64,000 nt of DNA, from assembly GCA_950097015.1 (NCBI GenBank), contig CATNEN010000001.1, positions 21,018,001 to 21,082,000 of the forward strand, written 5' to 3'. Position numbers and translations under genes: made by a program. A model generated the notes under the pieces. It ran no database searches and had not been told where the DNA came from. It saw only the letters and a list, made by a program, of their open reading frames with translations. Positions 35,340 to 45,826 of this stretch are shown here, in pieces (position 1 is the first letter of the stretch; each line of letters opens with the position of its first letter). This DNA is from Macrostomum hystrix (lineage: Eukaryota > Animalia > Platyhelminthes).

Positions 35340-35729
35340 ATCCGCGCTCTCGCCATAACCCTCATAGGCCACGGCTACTTCGCCACCAGGCACTGCTTCG
35401 TCCAAAAAAGCGAACTTTTCCCCTTTTGCGAGTACGCCGACAAAGATTTTGAGCATGTACTTTCTGTATCACTGCCTTTCTTTAGCAGAGACCGGCTACC
35501 TCTGACCCAACCCGTCTATGGACGAGGTTTACCAGCCCGACAGAATTCCACGGCTCGTCAAGTTGCTTCGAGCGACAAGACGAGCCACGTCCTTCCCTAT
35601 ACGGAAGATAAAGCTGCATGACGGACTGGTGGGCCACCCTGACCGGCCCCGCGCCTGTCTGCGGGCCTACAGGGGTTAGCGGTATGGGCGACCCTCGCCT
35701 CCTCATCCTGCAGCTGAGTCAAGTAAGTC
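35340..35729 (+). mobile_element. 3' fragment of a related R1/LOA-type LINE
   Basis: ITLIGHGYF...FCEY...EH matches the ORF2 C-terminus. The 3' UTR GGGGTTAGCGG...CCTGCAG.TGAGTCAAGTAAGTC is shared with 14657-14742. Confidence 0.7.
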
Positions 35730-36219
35730 CCCCATCTGCGCCATAAATACTGTATGGTTTGTTCACTCAGTCTTAAGCCGTCAGCTCTTAAGTGATAAAC
35801 AAAAACGCATCATTTATTTTTATAAACGCATAATTCATCACACACAAGTTACATCCAATTAATATGTAGCAGTGGCTACAAGAGATAGAGCTAGAAGTTT
35901 CGTAAAGCTTTGGTGGCTTAACGGTGGGATTACGCAGATTATCTCCAACTTATTACTAAACTGGTTAGCAGCGAAGGAATGGCGTATCATTGGTTCCTTC
36001 TACGACAGTTGTTCGAAGAAATTTGAAACTCTGGTTTTATTTTGTTCAGCCAGGTTTTAAATTTGTCAAACGCCTGCATTGGTGGCACTTTCGAAGTTTT
36101 TATATTCATAATCGGCATGTTTGTTTATGACATTTGTTAATTCTTTTTTTCTGACATTTTAGCGGAACTTTTCGCAGCTCCAATGAAACAGTGCTCAAAT
36201 GAAACAGGACCAGACCAGA

Positions 36220-37273
36220 TCAGCGTCGAACAAAGAACTCGCTTATCGAATCATTCACTAGAGAGGCCGGGAACGCAGGGAACTGCAGAAGGCGGCACAG
36301 GCCAAGCTGCTGCGAGAAGACAGCCGCGCGACAGTCCGAGGACTGGTCGCAGGTGTAGAGGCACTGAACCAGGCGGCAAGTGATTGAAGCGATGATAGCC
36401 GGGGACGAAGCAGCCAGAGCTACCAAGGTTCGATTGCCGATACTAAACATGTTTGGGTCTGCAATGAATTCCAATTTTGTGAGGCTGCTTTTCCAAAGTT
36501 ATAAATTTTAACAAATGCTATATATGAGATCAATGAAAGCTTAAAGTTGGAGTTTAACATGAGTTGATACTACCGACAACGTATGTAGAAATCAATGCGA
36601 ATTTTCTTGCTGTTGTTCGTTCCTAAATGAACTCCTTTGATCGATGCTTAAGTAGGAGGATGTCTAGCTGACCACTTCTGAATGCTCTATATCCCTCCCG
36701 AAAGCAGCTCCGGATTATTGAGCCACGGCACATTGCCCGATCATGAAAATAAGATACCGAGTTTTGATAAATGCAATGTACCGACACAGTTTGTCAGTTT
36801 TTTACTCGCAGTCAGGAAAAATACAATTCTCGGTCCAGCTCACTGAGGTAGCTCAGCTGGTACACGGAATTCCTGAATGCTCCGCCGCATTTTTGCGAAG
36901 AATTCCCAGCGCAGTTCTGGTTGCAGTCGGACTCTGGCGCGCTGCCCTGCCACCCGTAGGCATTGTCGCAGAAGCACCAGTCGGTGGCCTGGACGCCGAA
37001 GTAGCGAAAGTCGCTCATGGCACAGACTCCAGCGCAGACCTCCTGAGTCATCTGCGGACTTGTCACGGAGTCCAAGTTGTTGACGATGGTCACGGAGCCA
37101 ATTCGCGTGATGCCGTAGTACTTCATACCGGGCATGGCTCGAGTGGAGTTGACGTGGTCCATGAAGCAGCCCAGGTAGGTGGCTCGCACCTGCCTAGTGC
37201 CGAATGCAGCTGCGCCAACACAGAGCCAGCTAAGCACAAACGCCACACTAGTAGCGCAGCTCAGGGCCGCCAT
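36220..37273 (-). CDS. Secreted WSC-domain + PAN/apple-like protein, 2 exons (37273-36844, 36458-36220), 222 aa
   Basis: Hydrophobic signal peptide. WSC: YLGCF.D...MTQEVCAGVC...YFGVQ...CFC...C...C.G.....CGG..RNSVY. A phase-1 GT-AG intron joins the frames. Exon 2 has CLYTCDQSSDC...C. TATATAA lies at 37339-37333. Confidence 0.88.
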
Positions 37274-39823
37274 CGTGTGTAAGACTGAGAAATTGGTTCT
37301 ATGCAGGCTTGCACTGAATCAGCAAGTCTCACTTATATATGTTTGAGCCAGCCAATGGGCTTGAAGTAAAGTTGATTTCCAGCGATTTGGCTATCTACTT
37401 GTATTTAGAAAACTATCAATTAGCACTGATTGCCAAGACTTTTTTACCCTGGAGGGACTTTAGAAAAGGAGAGACGGTGGTAAAAAAGCGCTTCACCTAT
37501 GGATAAAAAAATTCTTTGGCAGAATTTCAGTCTATTCTGTACTTTGTCTAAGAAGTTGTTCAGTAGCTAGTGCATTTTTTTAAAACCTGTTCAATCGTTT
37601 TTTTAGGATGTTTCAAGCTGCGGTAGAGAGAAGGTGAAGATTTTAGGGCACAATTTTTATTGGGGTATTAAGGTTTCAGAAAAAATAAATAATTAAATGA
37701 ATAAAATATAATAAAATAAATAAAAAGAACATATGGGCGCAACTGCTCGACGTATTTCCCCGGCTATGTACAGCTGTTCAGTCCATGGACTTGAGGAGGG
37801 CGCCACACTCAGATATCTAGGGTTCTGCTCTGAAATAACTGTATGCAATTTTACTGTTGCTAGTGTTGTAGCGAATCCGAGCTTAATTTTGTCTTATCCT
37901 TAGATTCATAATTGTCAGTGCACTCTCGATTTTTTTAATTACAGTACTTTACTGAACTGGCTAGTATCTAGTTGCATTGTTTTTTTCTTCCTGAGAGAAG
38001 TATTTTGTAGTAGCAATATTTTGACACAGACAAATAGTCAGTTTAGCCAGTTATGGTTCGATGTACCGTATTATAAAGTTAAAAAATAAAATATGTGTAC
38101 TATTTGAAAGCTGTTTTTAATTTAAGTTCGTGCGAAATTTTAACGCATATTTTAACGAAGAGCTTATCACAAGTTTGTGTGAAAAATTAAGCTCATTTAG
38201 AATGAAATTCAACATAGGCACAAATGAGACTATGAAGATTTTTTGCGAGAAAAAGTGATAGTTTTTCTACATAATTTTTATATCATGTCGATTTAAACAA
38301 ATGTCTTGTAAGAAATAATTTATATTTTTTAAACAATTTTGGTGATTATTTTAAAGTGTTTTATGAGGCCAATCTGTCGTTAAAAACGAACGAATGGAAT
38401 AAAAGGCTTAAGTAGAACATCGTACATTTTTTCTGTACTTTCATCTCACCCTTCTGCCCCCATTACGAATACGTTGCTATCGATTGCCCGCGGATTGAAA
38501 AAATTAGAACTAAAAAATACTTCTTAAAATAAGCCAGGCGATAGCTAATTGGGTTCTATTAGGCCAGCTGTTTGCCTTCGCAACAATGCTTCAAACAAGC
38601 CGAGATCTGTTTTGCTCCTTTTTCCACAGCTTAAACAAACTTGTAACTCTAATACTCCTTTGTCTCTAAAACAGCTTCAAATTAGTTTATGGAACCGGCT
38701 TTCAGTTCGGCTTAAGCTGCAAGGTGAATGAGTGCCTGAGTTCGTGAGCTCGATTTTCGGCGAGGCCACATATTTTGGAGAGAAAGCTTTGAAGGCTTGT
38801 CGTGCAACAGCGCGCCAATAAGGTGCATTGTAAGAATTTTTCGCCGTTTACGATTATCTAATTTACTCGTTACGATTAACTCGTATGTCGTAATATCCCC
38901 GTGGTATTTCTACGGTTAAGGGAAACGGCTTGCAAACTTCCGCTGTAATTCGGAGGAATATGAAAGACACTTTCATCGTCTGTTGGGACTGCTTTTGTAA
39001 TCTGTAGGGAACGTCCCCGTCTTGTCAATGTGCCCGCTCAGAATTGAGAAAAGAATTTACTCTATTTTTCCTCCAGCGCAGCCTAAGCATTGTTAGTCAG
39101 AATTCTGCTGGGAGCTTGAGCTACTGCTTTCATGGAATAATTTCATCATCACCTAGCACTTTATACGGATTAATTAAGGAAAAACTGTTTCTCAGTAGCC
39201 AAGAAGGAGCATCGCAATTTATTCCACAAGCCTGGAATTGAATTATGCATGCTAAAACAAGCCATTGTATTGTGCTTATAGCTAGGGCCGGTTGTGGCTA
39301 AAGGACTTAAACTGCAGCCAAGCTGGTTGATGAAACAGATTTTCAGCAAAATTTGCCCAGCGGAATCCAGTTTGGCACTGGCAACAATGTGCTTGAAAAA
39401 AATTCTTTCCTTTTCGACACACGACCTCGCCAAGCAAGCCTCATGCTGTCCTTTTTAACAGTCTTATCTAGTTCAAACCAGTTCTACTTAAAAACCAGAA
39501 TAGAGAGGAAAGAAAGTCACTTACAATTGCGTAGCTTTGCAACTAATTGCACTTTTAGCTACTCGCAGAATTTAGTGAAGTACTTGTTGAGGTTTTAACC
39601 AAGGACCACTAGTAGCACTTTGTTAGCTTTGGTAATGCATTTATGTTTTTTATTTTTCAGGCTTGCTTTCATCTGTGATTTCTATCTGAAACTTCATGAC
39701 CAGGTGGTCAAGTTGGACAAAGCTTTAAGTGCGACGCAGGAAGCAAGCTGGTCAGAACGGCTCAGCCGAATGCTCTGGACTGACTGCAGAGATCAGCGAT
39801 TAAATCAACTTCCATTGCGGTGA

Positions 39824-40168
39824 AGCCTAGAATTGAGAATTGAGAATTGAGAGGTTGTAGCCTAGTGGTTAGGGCGTCGGACTCACGACTTGAAGGTCGG
39901 GGGCTCGATTCCCGACTCCACTGGAACAATTTGTTTCCTTTAGCAAGACACTTAACTCTGCATTGCTTCAGTTCACCCAGCTGTTAAATGGGTACCAGCA
40001 TCAGCTGGGATAATTGAATGTGGGTGTGGCGTCCCCCCAGTCCGTGGACTGAACAGCTGTACGCAGCCTTCAGATGCGCCGCGCAATAGCTGCGGCTGTG
40101 CTGTCGGCTGCACATCTGGCCCGATTGGGGCAGGTGTAATCAATTATTATTATTATTATTATTATTAT
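39824..40168 (+). mobile_element. SINE family B (tRNA head, CORE-like body, (TTA)n tail)
   Basis: A box TAGCCTAGTGG and B box GCTCGATTCCC. Body TCCTTTAGCAAGACACTTAAC...CACCCAGCTGTTAAATGGGTACC. TSD CATTGCGGTGA at 39813-39823 and 40169-40179. Confidence 0.9.
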
Positions 40169-40619
40169 CATTGCGGTGACCAGACATTGGCTTTTTGTTG
40201 ACATTATTTGTTTTCCGATGCTGATATAATATTCCTTGGTGCTGTCAATGAAAATACAAGTACATGTCTACAATCAAACTGTGCCAGAAGTGAACTGTCT
40301 CCTGTAAAACTACTGCCGGAAACCCTGAGTAGTTTGAAAGCTATGTGAGGAGAAATCTTAGCTTGATAAATATTTAGTCGGGCCAAGCCGGCACATCGTC
40401 GCGGGTGGCAACTGATTTGAGATCCGCTCAAACTCATTTATTTCAAGTACTTGTGTAGACAATTTAGTTTGAAAATTTTTTTTGCCTGCATATACAGTGC
40501 GTAACTTAAAATGCCAAAGTGGTGTTCATTTTATAGAAAATATTTAAATATAAAGCCTATAGTGCTTTTTTCAGGAAACTTTGCGAATATTTGCGTTGAG
40601 GCGCAATATTCGCTACTAT

Positions 40620-40975
40620 AAGCAGTGTAATAATAACATAATAATAAAGGGTGAGGGTTGTGGCAATGGCACATCATTTGGTGACAATAGAACCGCAGGC
40701 AGCGAGGAGGCAATTCTGCCCATTCCGCTGACTCCTGAGCACACACGCACATAGATACTGTTCGCGGGCACACGCTCAGACAGGTGTGTACATCTGCCCT
40801 GACTTTCTCATCGTCAGGCAGTGTTACACTTCACTGTGCTTTGGAGGTTGCCCTTAAGGGCGTAAATTTCACGACAAGCCCCCAAGCCTTCTCTCCGCGG
40901 CTGCGCCCCAGATACATGTGGCCTCGTCGTGGAATCGAACTTAGGGACCGTGGTGCGAGAGGCAAACGCGTTTGC
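40620..40975 (-). mobile_element. SINE family A copy
   Basis: Reverse complement of 46611-46954 including B box GTTCGATTCC. Confidence 0.85.
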
Positions 40976-41315
40976 CTAGCAAAAGCTTGGAAAAAGTTTT
41001 GCAAAGTGGTTTGAGTGTTAAAAGATTTTAATTATACATAAAATGCATTTTGAGAAAAATGAGGATATAGATCGAAATGGTGTTAGAATCTAGAGGTGAG
41101 CGGAATGGCAGGGCCACTTTTGATAAATTCGTCGACGGTGACACTGACTGACGATTAGAAAGTCAAGGCAGATAATGTTGCCCTTAGCAAAAGCCGCTAT
41201 AATGAAAAACAGGATTAGGGTTACCTCAAACAAAACTCCCTTGTGATAGTTTTCTAGCGTTGTTTTGCACTATCAAATATGCTATATAAAATTCACAAAC
41301 TAAAATAAATCCTTG

Positions 41316-41955
41316 ACTGACCTCTCTCTGACTCATCTCTCTCTGACTCATCTCTCCCTGAATGATCTCTCTCTGACTCATCTCTCCCTGAATGATCTCT
41401 CTCTGACTCATCTCTCTCTGACTCACCTCTCCCTGAATGATCTCTCCCTGGCTCATCTCTCTCTGTCTCATCTCTCTCTGTCTCATCTCTCTCTGTCTCA
41501 TCTCTCCCTGGCTCATCTCTCTCTGTCTCATCTCTCTCTGTCTCATCTCTCTCTGTCTCAACTCTCTGTCTCATATCTCCCTGGCTCATCTCTCCCTGAC
41601 TCATCTCTCTCTGTCTCATCTCTCTCTGTCTCATCTCTCTCTGTCTCACCCCTCCCTGGCTCATCTCTCTCTGTCTCATCTCTCTCTGTCTCATCTCTCT
41701 CTGTCTCATATCTCCCTGGCTCATCTCTCCCTGACTCATCTCTCTCTGTCTCATCTCTCTCTGTCTCATCTCTCTCTGTCTCACCCCTCCCTGGCTCATC
41801 TCTCTCTGTCTCATCTCTCTCTGTCTCATCTCTCTCTGTCTCATCTCTCTCTGTCTCATATCTCCCTGGCTCATCTCTCTCTGTCTCATATCTCCCTGGC
41901 TCATCTCTCTCTGTCTCATATCTCCCTGGCTCATCTCTCTCTGTCTCATCTCTCT
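41316..41955. repeat. 15-bp pyrimidine-rich minisatellite
   Basis: Unit CTCATCTCTCTCTGT with CCTGG/CCTGA variants, ~640 bp long. Confidence 0.95.
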
Positions 41956-42170
41956 TCGACTCCTCTTTCCATTGTCACCCGTGACTGAAAAAAAGAAAAA
42001 AACTTTTTTTACTGTTTGACGAAAAAGTTCCGTAGCTTTTTATTAATTCTCACGATGCAAACAAACTGAACCACTTTGAAATAATAGAAAAGTGCAAAAT
42101 TCAGGCACTTTTTTCACCTAGATCTCATTTTTTAAAGTTCTTGGCTGTGGTGTAGGCACGGTTTGTTGAA

Positions 42171-43029
42171 CTAGCCGAATTCAGTAGAGGTTTTTCCGCC
42201 ACGAACGAAGTAAAGGCCATTATTCGTATTCGATAGTTCCGATGGCACCGCCTGGTACTCCAGAAAGTGGCACAGACCCAGCAGCTGGGAGTAAATCACC
42301 GCCTCGCAGCCTGACTCGCACATGTACAGGCATTCGACAAGCCCCCTGACTCGGGACGTCCTGTAGGCTGGCACTGAACTCTTGTTCAAGTAGACGTAGG
42401 ACCGATCGCCAAGGTTGAACATTCCCGTTTCTGAAACGCACAAAAATACGAGGGTGTCCGAAAATTGGTGCCACTTTTATTTGATGCGCACGTTTAGAAA
42501 ATCAAATTGGCACATGTTTGGTGTAGTTTGAAAGCAAGTTGAGTTTTCAACTGCTTGGATTGCATTTGCACCCTCGACTTGGCCACGCCTACCTGAACAG
42601 CTAAGTCAACTCACTTATGTAAGCCAACTGGTACACAGAGTTGCGAAACGTCCCGCCGCACATAACACTGTAGTTGCCCCAGCAAGTGGTGTTGCATTCG
42701 CTCCCATTTGCACTGCCCTGCAGCCCGTAGCTGTTGCCGCAGAAGCACCATTGGTTCGCTTGCAGTGCCATGTACTTGAAGCCACCCAGACTGCAGACGG
42801 CGCTGCAGAGTCCTGGAGTCATCTGGGGACTGCAAATGGTCCCGTCAAACAAACCTATCTGAACTCCGCCGAAACGCTGCATGCCGTAGTCCTTGAGTCC
42901 CGACACGTCCCTGATGCCACCAATACCGTCTCGGAAGCAGCCCAGGTAGCTAAACTGGACTAACCTAGCATTGCTGAAGGAAACTGTAGCGCTGAACATA
43001 AGCACATGGATAACTGCTCTGAGCTCCAT
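42171..43029 (-). CDS. Secreted WSC-domain + PAN/apple-like protein, paralog; 2 exons (43029-42615, 42430-42171), 224 aa
   Basis: Same architecture, Cys pattern and phase-1 intron position as 36220-37273. Confidence 0.88.
42449..42576. mobile_element. 128-bp mariner-type MITE in the intron of the second WSC gene
   Basis: TA + CGAGGGTG ... CACCCTCG inverted ends. The right-hand TA is not preserved. Confidence 0.6.
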
Positions 43030-45621
43030 GACTGGGCTGTGCTCTGAAGCGTTTGAATTCTAGCCCATTTCAAGACTCTAAAATGAGCCACATGAATGCC
43101 ATTTTATCACTGGAAAATTTTTCCCGGGGACCAATCGGAACCGAACCGGTGTGCAGGTGGACCAGAACTATGGACTCGGTTGCTTTGAGAGCGTTAGAAA
43201 AATATTGCACCACTAAGCTTGGTTACTAAGCCTGTTTTAAGCATATGCTTGCAGTATCCAACCCAGTAGACGTGCTTAAATTTTTAATGAGATTTTTCTC
43301 CAAAAAACTTTTACATTTTTTTGGCTTGAAGACTGAGTATCATCGTCTTTCTAATTAGTGTTCAGAGGCAAACAGTGGCATATTGTGTAAAATAGCCCAC
43401 TGTTTGCCACTATTATTTTACTAAAAAGGTAAGAACTTGTTGTGTTAGAGCAGGGTAACAGGGTAACAGGTTAAGCAGGGTAAGCAGACGACCGGGTATT
43501 TTCAATAATTTATGAAAGGCTTGCAGTGTGGCCTTCCTGCATCACCTTCAAGCACAACCTGCCCCGGCGCTAGTGCTAACCGATCATGTAGCCTTAATTA
43601 GCGCGACAAGAGTCTGGATCTCAAGAAAATCGTGGATGTTAATCGCAGGCAAAGGGGCAAGAATTAAATGGACTCATACAGCTGTCGGGAATTTTACTTG
43701 ACTAACCTTCCAGAGTTTGATGAGGGGGGGCAGTTTTTTCAAGGGACATAATCCCTTAAGCAGGACCTCCTACCTAAACAATGCCCTCGTCTGCTCCGAA
43801 GGCTCTGCTCTAGAGACAGCATCCGCATCTTCATGTTGCATGTCAGGACGTTCTCAACCACCGCCTAAGGATTATGACTGTCTGTAGCACTATGCAATTG
43901 AACTATGTTTCTGTAGACGACTTTGAAGACCACACCACCAACGCGGCAGTCTATTACAGCGCAGGCATTGCTCATCGCTGCGTCACGGGCTGGCGGGCCA
44001 CCCTCATTCTCGCCGAAGCGTACTGCCCCAAGCCTTGCAGAAGGTGCTGCTGCATACGCTGCAGTCGCCCTAGCCGACGCACGCGCCCTGGAAACTGCCG
44101 GTGCCCTAGCGTACGTTCGCGCCCAGGTCATGAGGCACACCTTCTGACGCTGCAATAATATCAAGACAGCGTACATGTTTGTTGTTGAATGCACTTAGAT
44201 TTAAGATCTCGTGTCTTACCAATAAGACATGGAAGTGGAGACCAGTTGTGGCAGATATGCAGCCAGTGGCGCTGCCGCAGCAAAAGACAGATTAGTCCAG
44301 CTGATTAGTCCATGGACTGGGGCGGCAGCCAGCAACCAACCGAATGTCTACTCATATTTTATTCATCGATCTATACTCCTAGTTAAGAAAGACGGTAACT
44401 TCTCTAATGTACGCATGTTGAATCTGTTCATGTAAACCTAGAAAACCTAGCTCAAAGAAAACATAGGACATTAAAAATCGTGTACTAGTGAGTTTGTACA
44501 AATTTTTGTAGAATAAGATTTTCTCTCATTTATCTGCCTGGTGATATTTCTGTCATATCTATTTTAGGACATAAAATTAACGTGCGACATCCGGTTCAAC
44601 ATTTAGTTCAGCTTATCGAGTCTCGTTTTTGAAAAGCAAATTTGCGGAAGCAGGCAAACAAGCAAATTGCACTGCTAACCTGAGGACAGATACATCAACC
44701 CTCGGCATGACTAATATGACGTATTATAAAGGTAATTTCGAGCGAACCTCTAGCTCAGCTAGTTCCCCAGAGAAACAATCCTCCTCTGGTCCCGTGGGAG
44801 GAGCCGAAAAAAAGATTTTTCTATTCGTGATTCTTTTGGACAGATGGACAGGTCATTTCCCAGGAATTCACTGGAACAGCTGCACCGCAGCGATGGCACC
44901 TCTGTCTCTCCCTTTCACATAATCATCTCTGCTCCCCCTGACCTCCGCTGTCCGCTGTGCAGATGACATTTACCAGTCAGTTCCTCGGTCCAATGGCTTC
45001 CAAATGGCGCCTCATTTCCTTGGGATCACCGATTTGGGATTTTTTCAACGCATTTCTATTCCCCATCCCATTTTTCAGCTGTCAATCTTCTCTCGAGGTT
45101 GTTATCCGTCGCTCCGCGCATCTGCGAATCCCTGCCCTCATCTCGGGGCGGCGAAGCTCCGCATTCCACACTATCAAGCAGCGGCCCAAATGGGGCCCTC
45201 GTGTCTCCAGGAAAGCGCAACTGGGGAAAAAGGCATCGTTAGCGGTCGCAGCCCACCATGACCCATCAGGATTTTGCAGATCTTCTTCTGCGATCGCTTT
45301 TTTGACTCGGCCTTTCGGCATTCAAGTGCAATCTTTATCTTTTCTAATGGGCGATTCTTTGCTTATTTCTTTGACTGGTTTTCTTCTGCACTTTGTTTCA
45401 TTATTTCCCAGTGCATCGTTGAAAATCTAAACATGTAAGAAAGGTCGGTGGGCATAATTCGGATATTTCTGAATTCAAACAAACCTCAGACAAGCTCGGT
45501 GATGGCTTTCTGGACCCTATCCATGTGAAAAGGCCGATGCGATAGTGATCGATAATTCACCCAGAATCTGTCCCGGTTGGTTCGCTCCCCTGCCTGTCGC
45601 TTCAGAGAAACTAGTGCTTGA

Positions 45622-45631
45622 CCAAATTTGG
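45622..45631. promoter_or_regulatory. CArG box (SRF site) upstream of myosin heavy chain
   Basis: CCAAATTTGG fits CC(A/T)6GG, ~200 bp before the ATG. Nearby are a GC box at 45651, TTAAAA at ~45711 and E-box CAGCTG at 45729. Confidence 0.6.
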
Positions 45632-45826
45632 TAAACTACCGCGAGGGACGCCCGCCCCTGGGATCCTTCCTACCGCCCTCCCCACTCCTCAGTCTCTGAC
45701 GCAAAACCTGTTAAAAAGCTGTTACCGCCAGCTGGTAAGCACAACCTCTGCTCTAATCTCGGTATCACACTCTCGCTGCCTTGCTCGATAACCAGTGTCT
45801 ATAGCCACTCGGCTCATTCAGCAGTC

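Noticed and set aside
39850-39930. tRNA gene (also 60290 and 62769)
   Set aside because: These are tRNA-like heads of SINEs, continuing into a shared body and tail; the 39850 copy also has a TSD.
41226-41988. MRQRE / HLSLS repeat proteins
   Set aside because: These ORFs arise in several frames from a stop-free 15-bp minisatellite.
44957-45430. 157-aa ORF upstream of myosin
   Set aside because: Non-ATG start, no motif, and no coding-like codon bias compared with the myosin exons.
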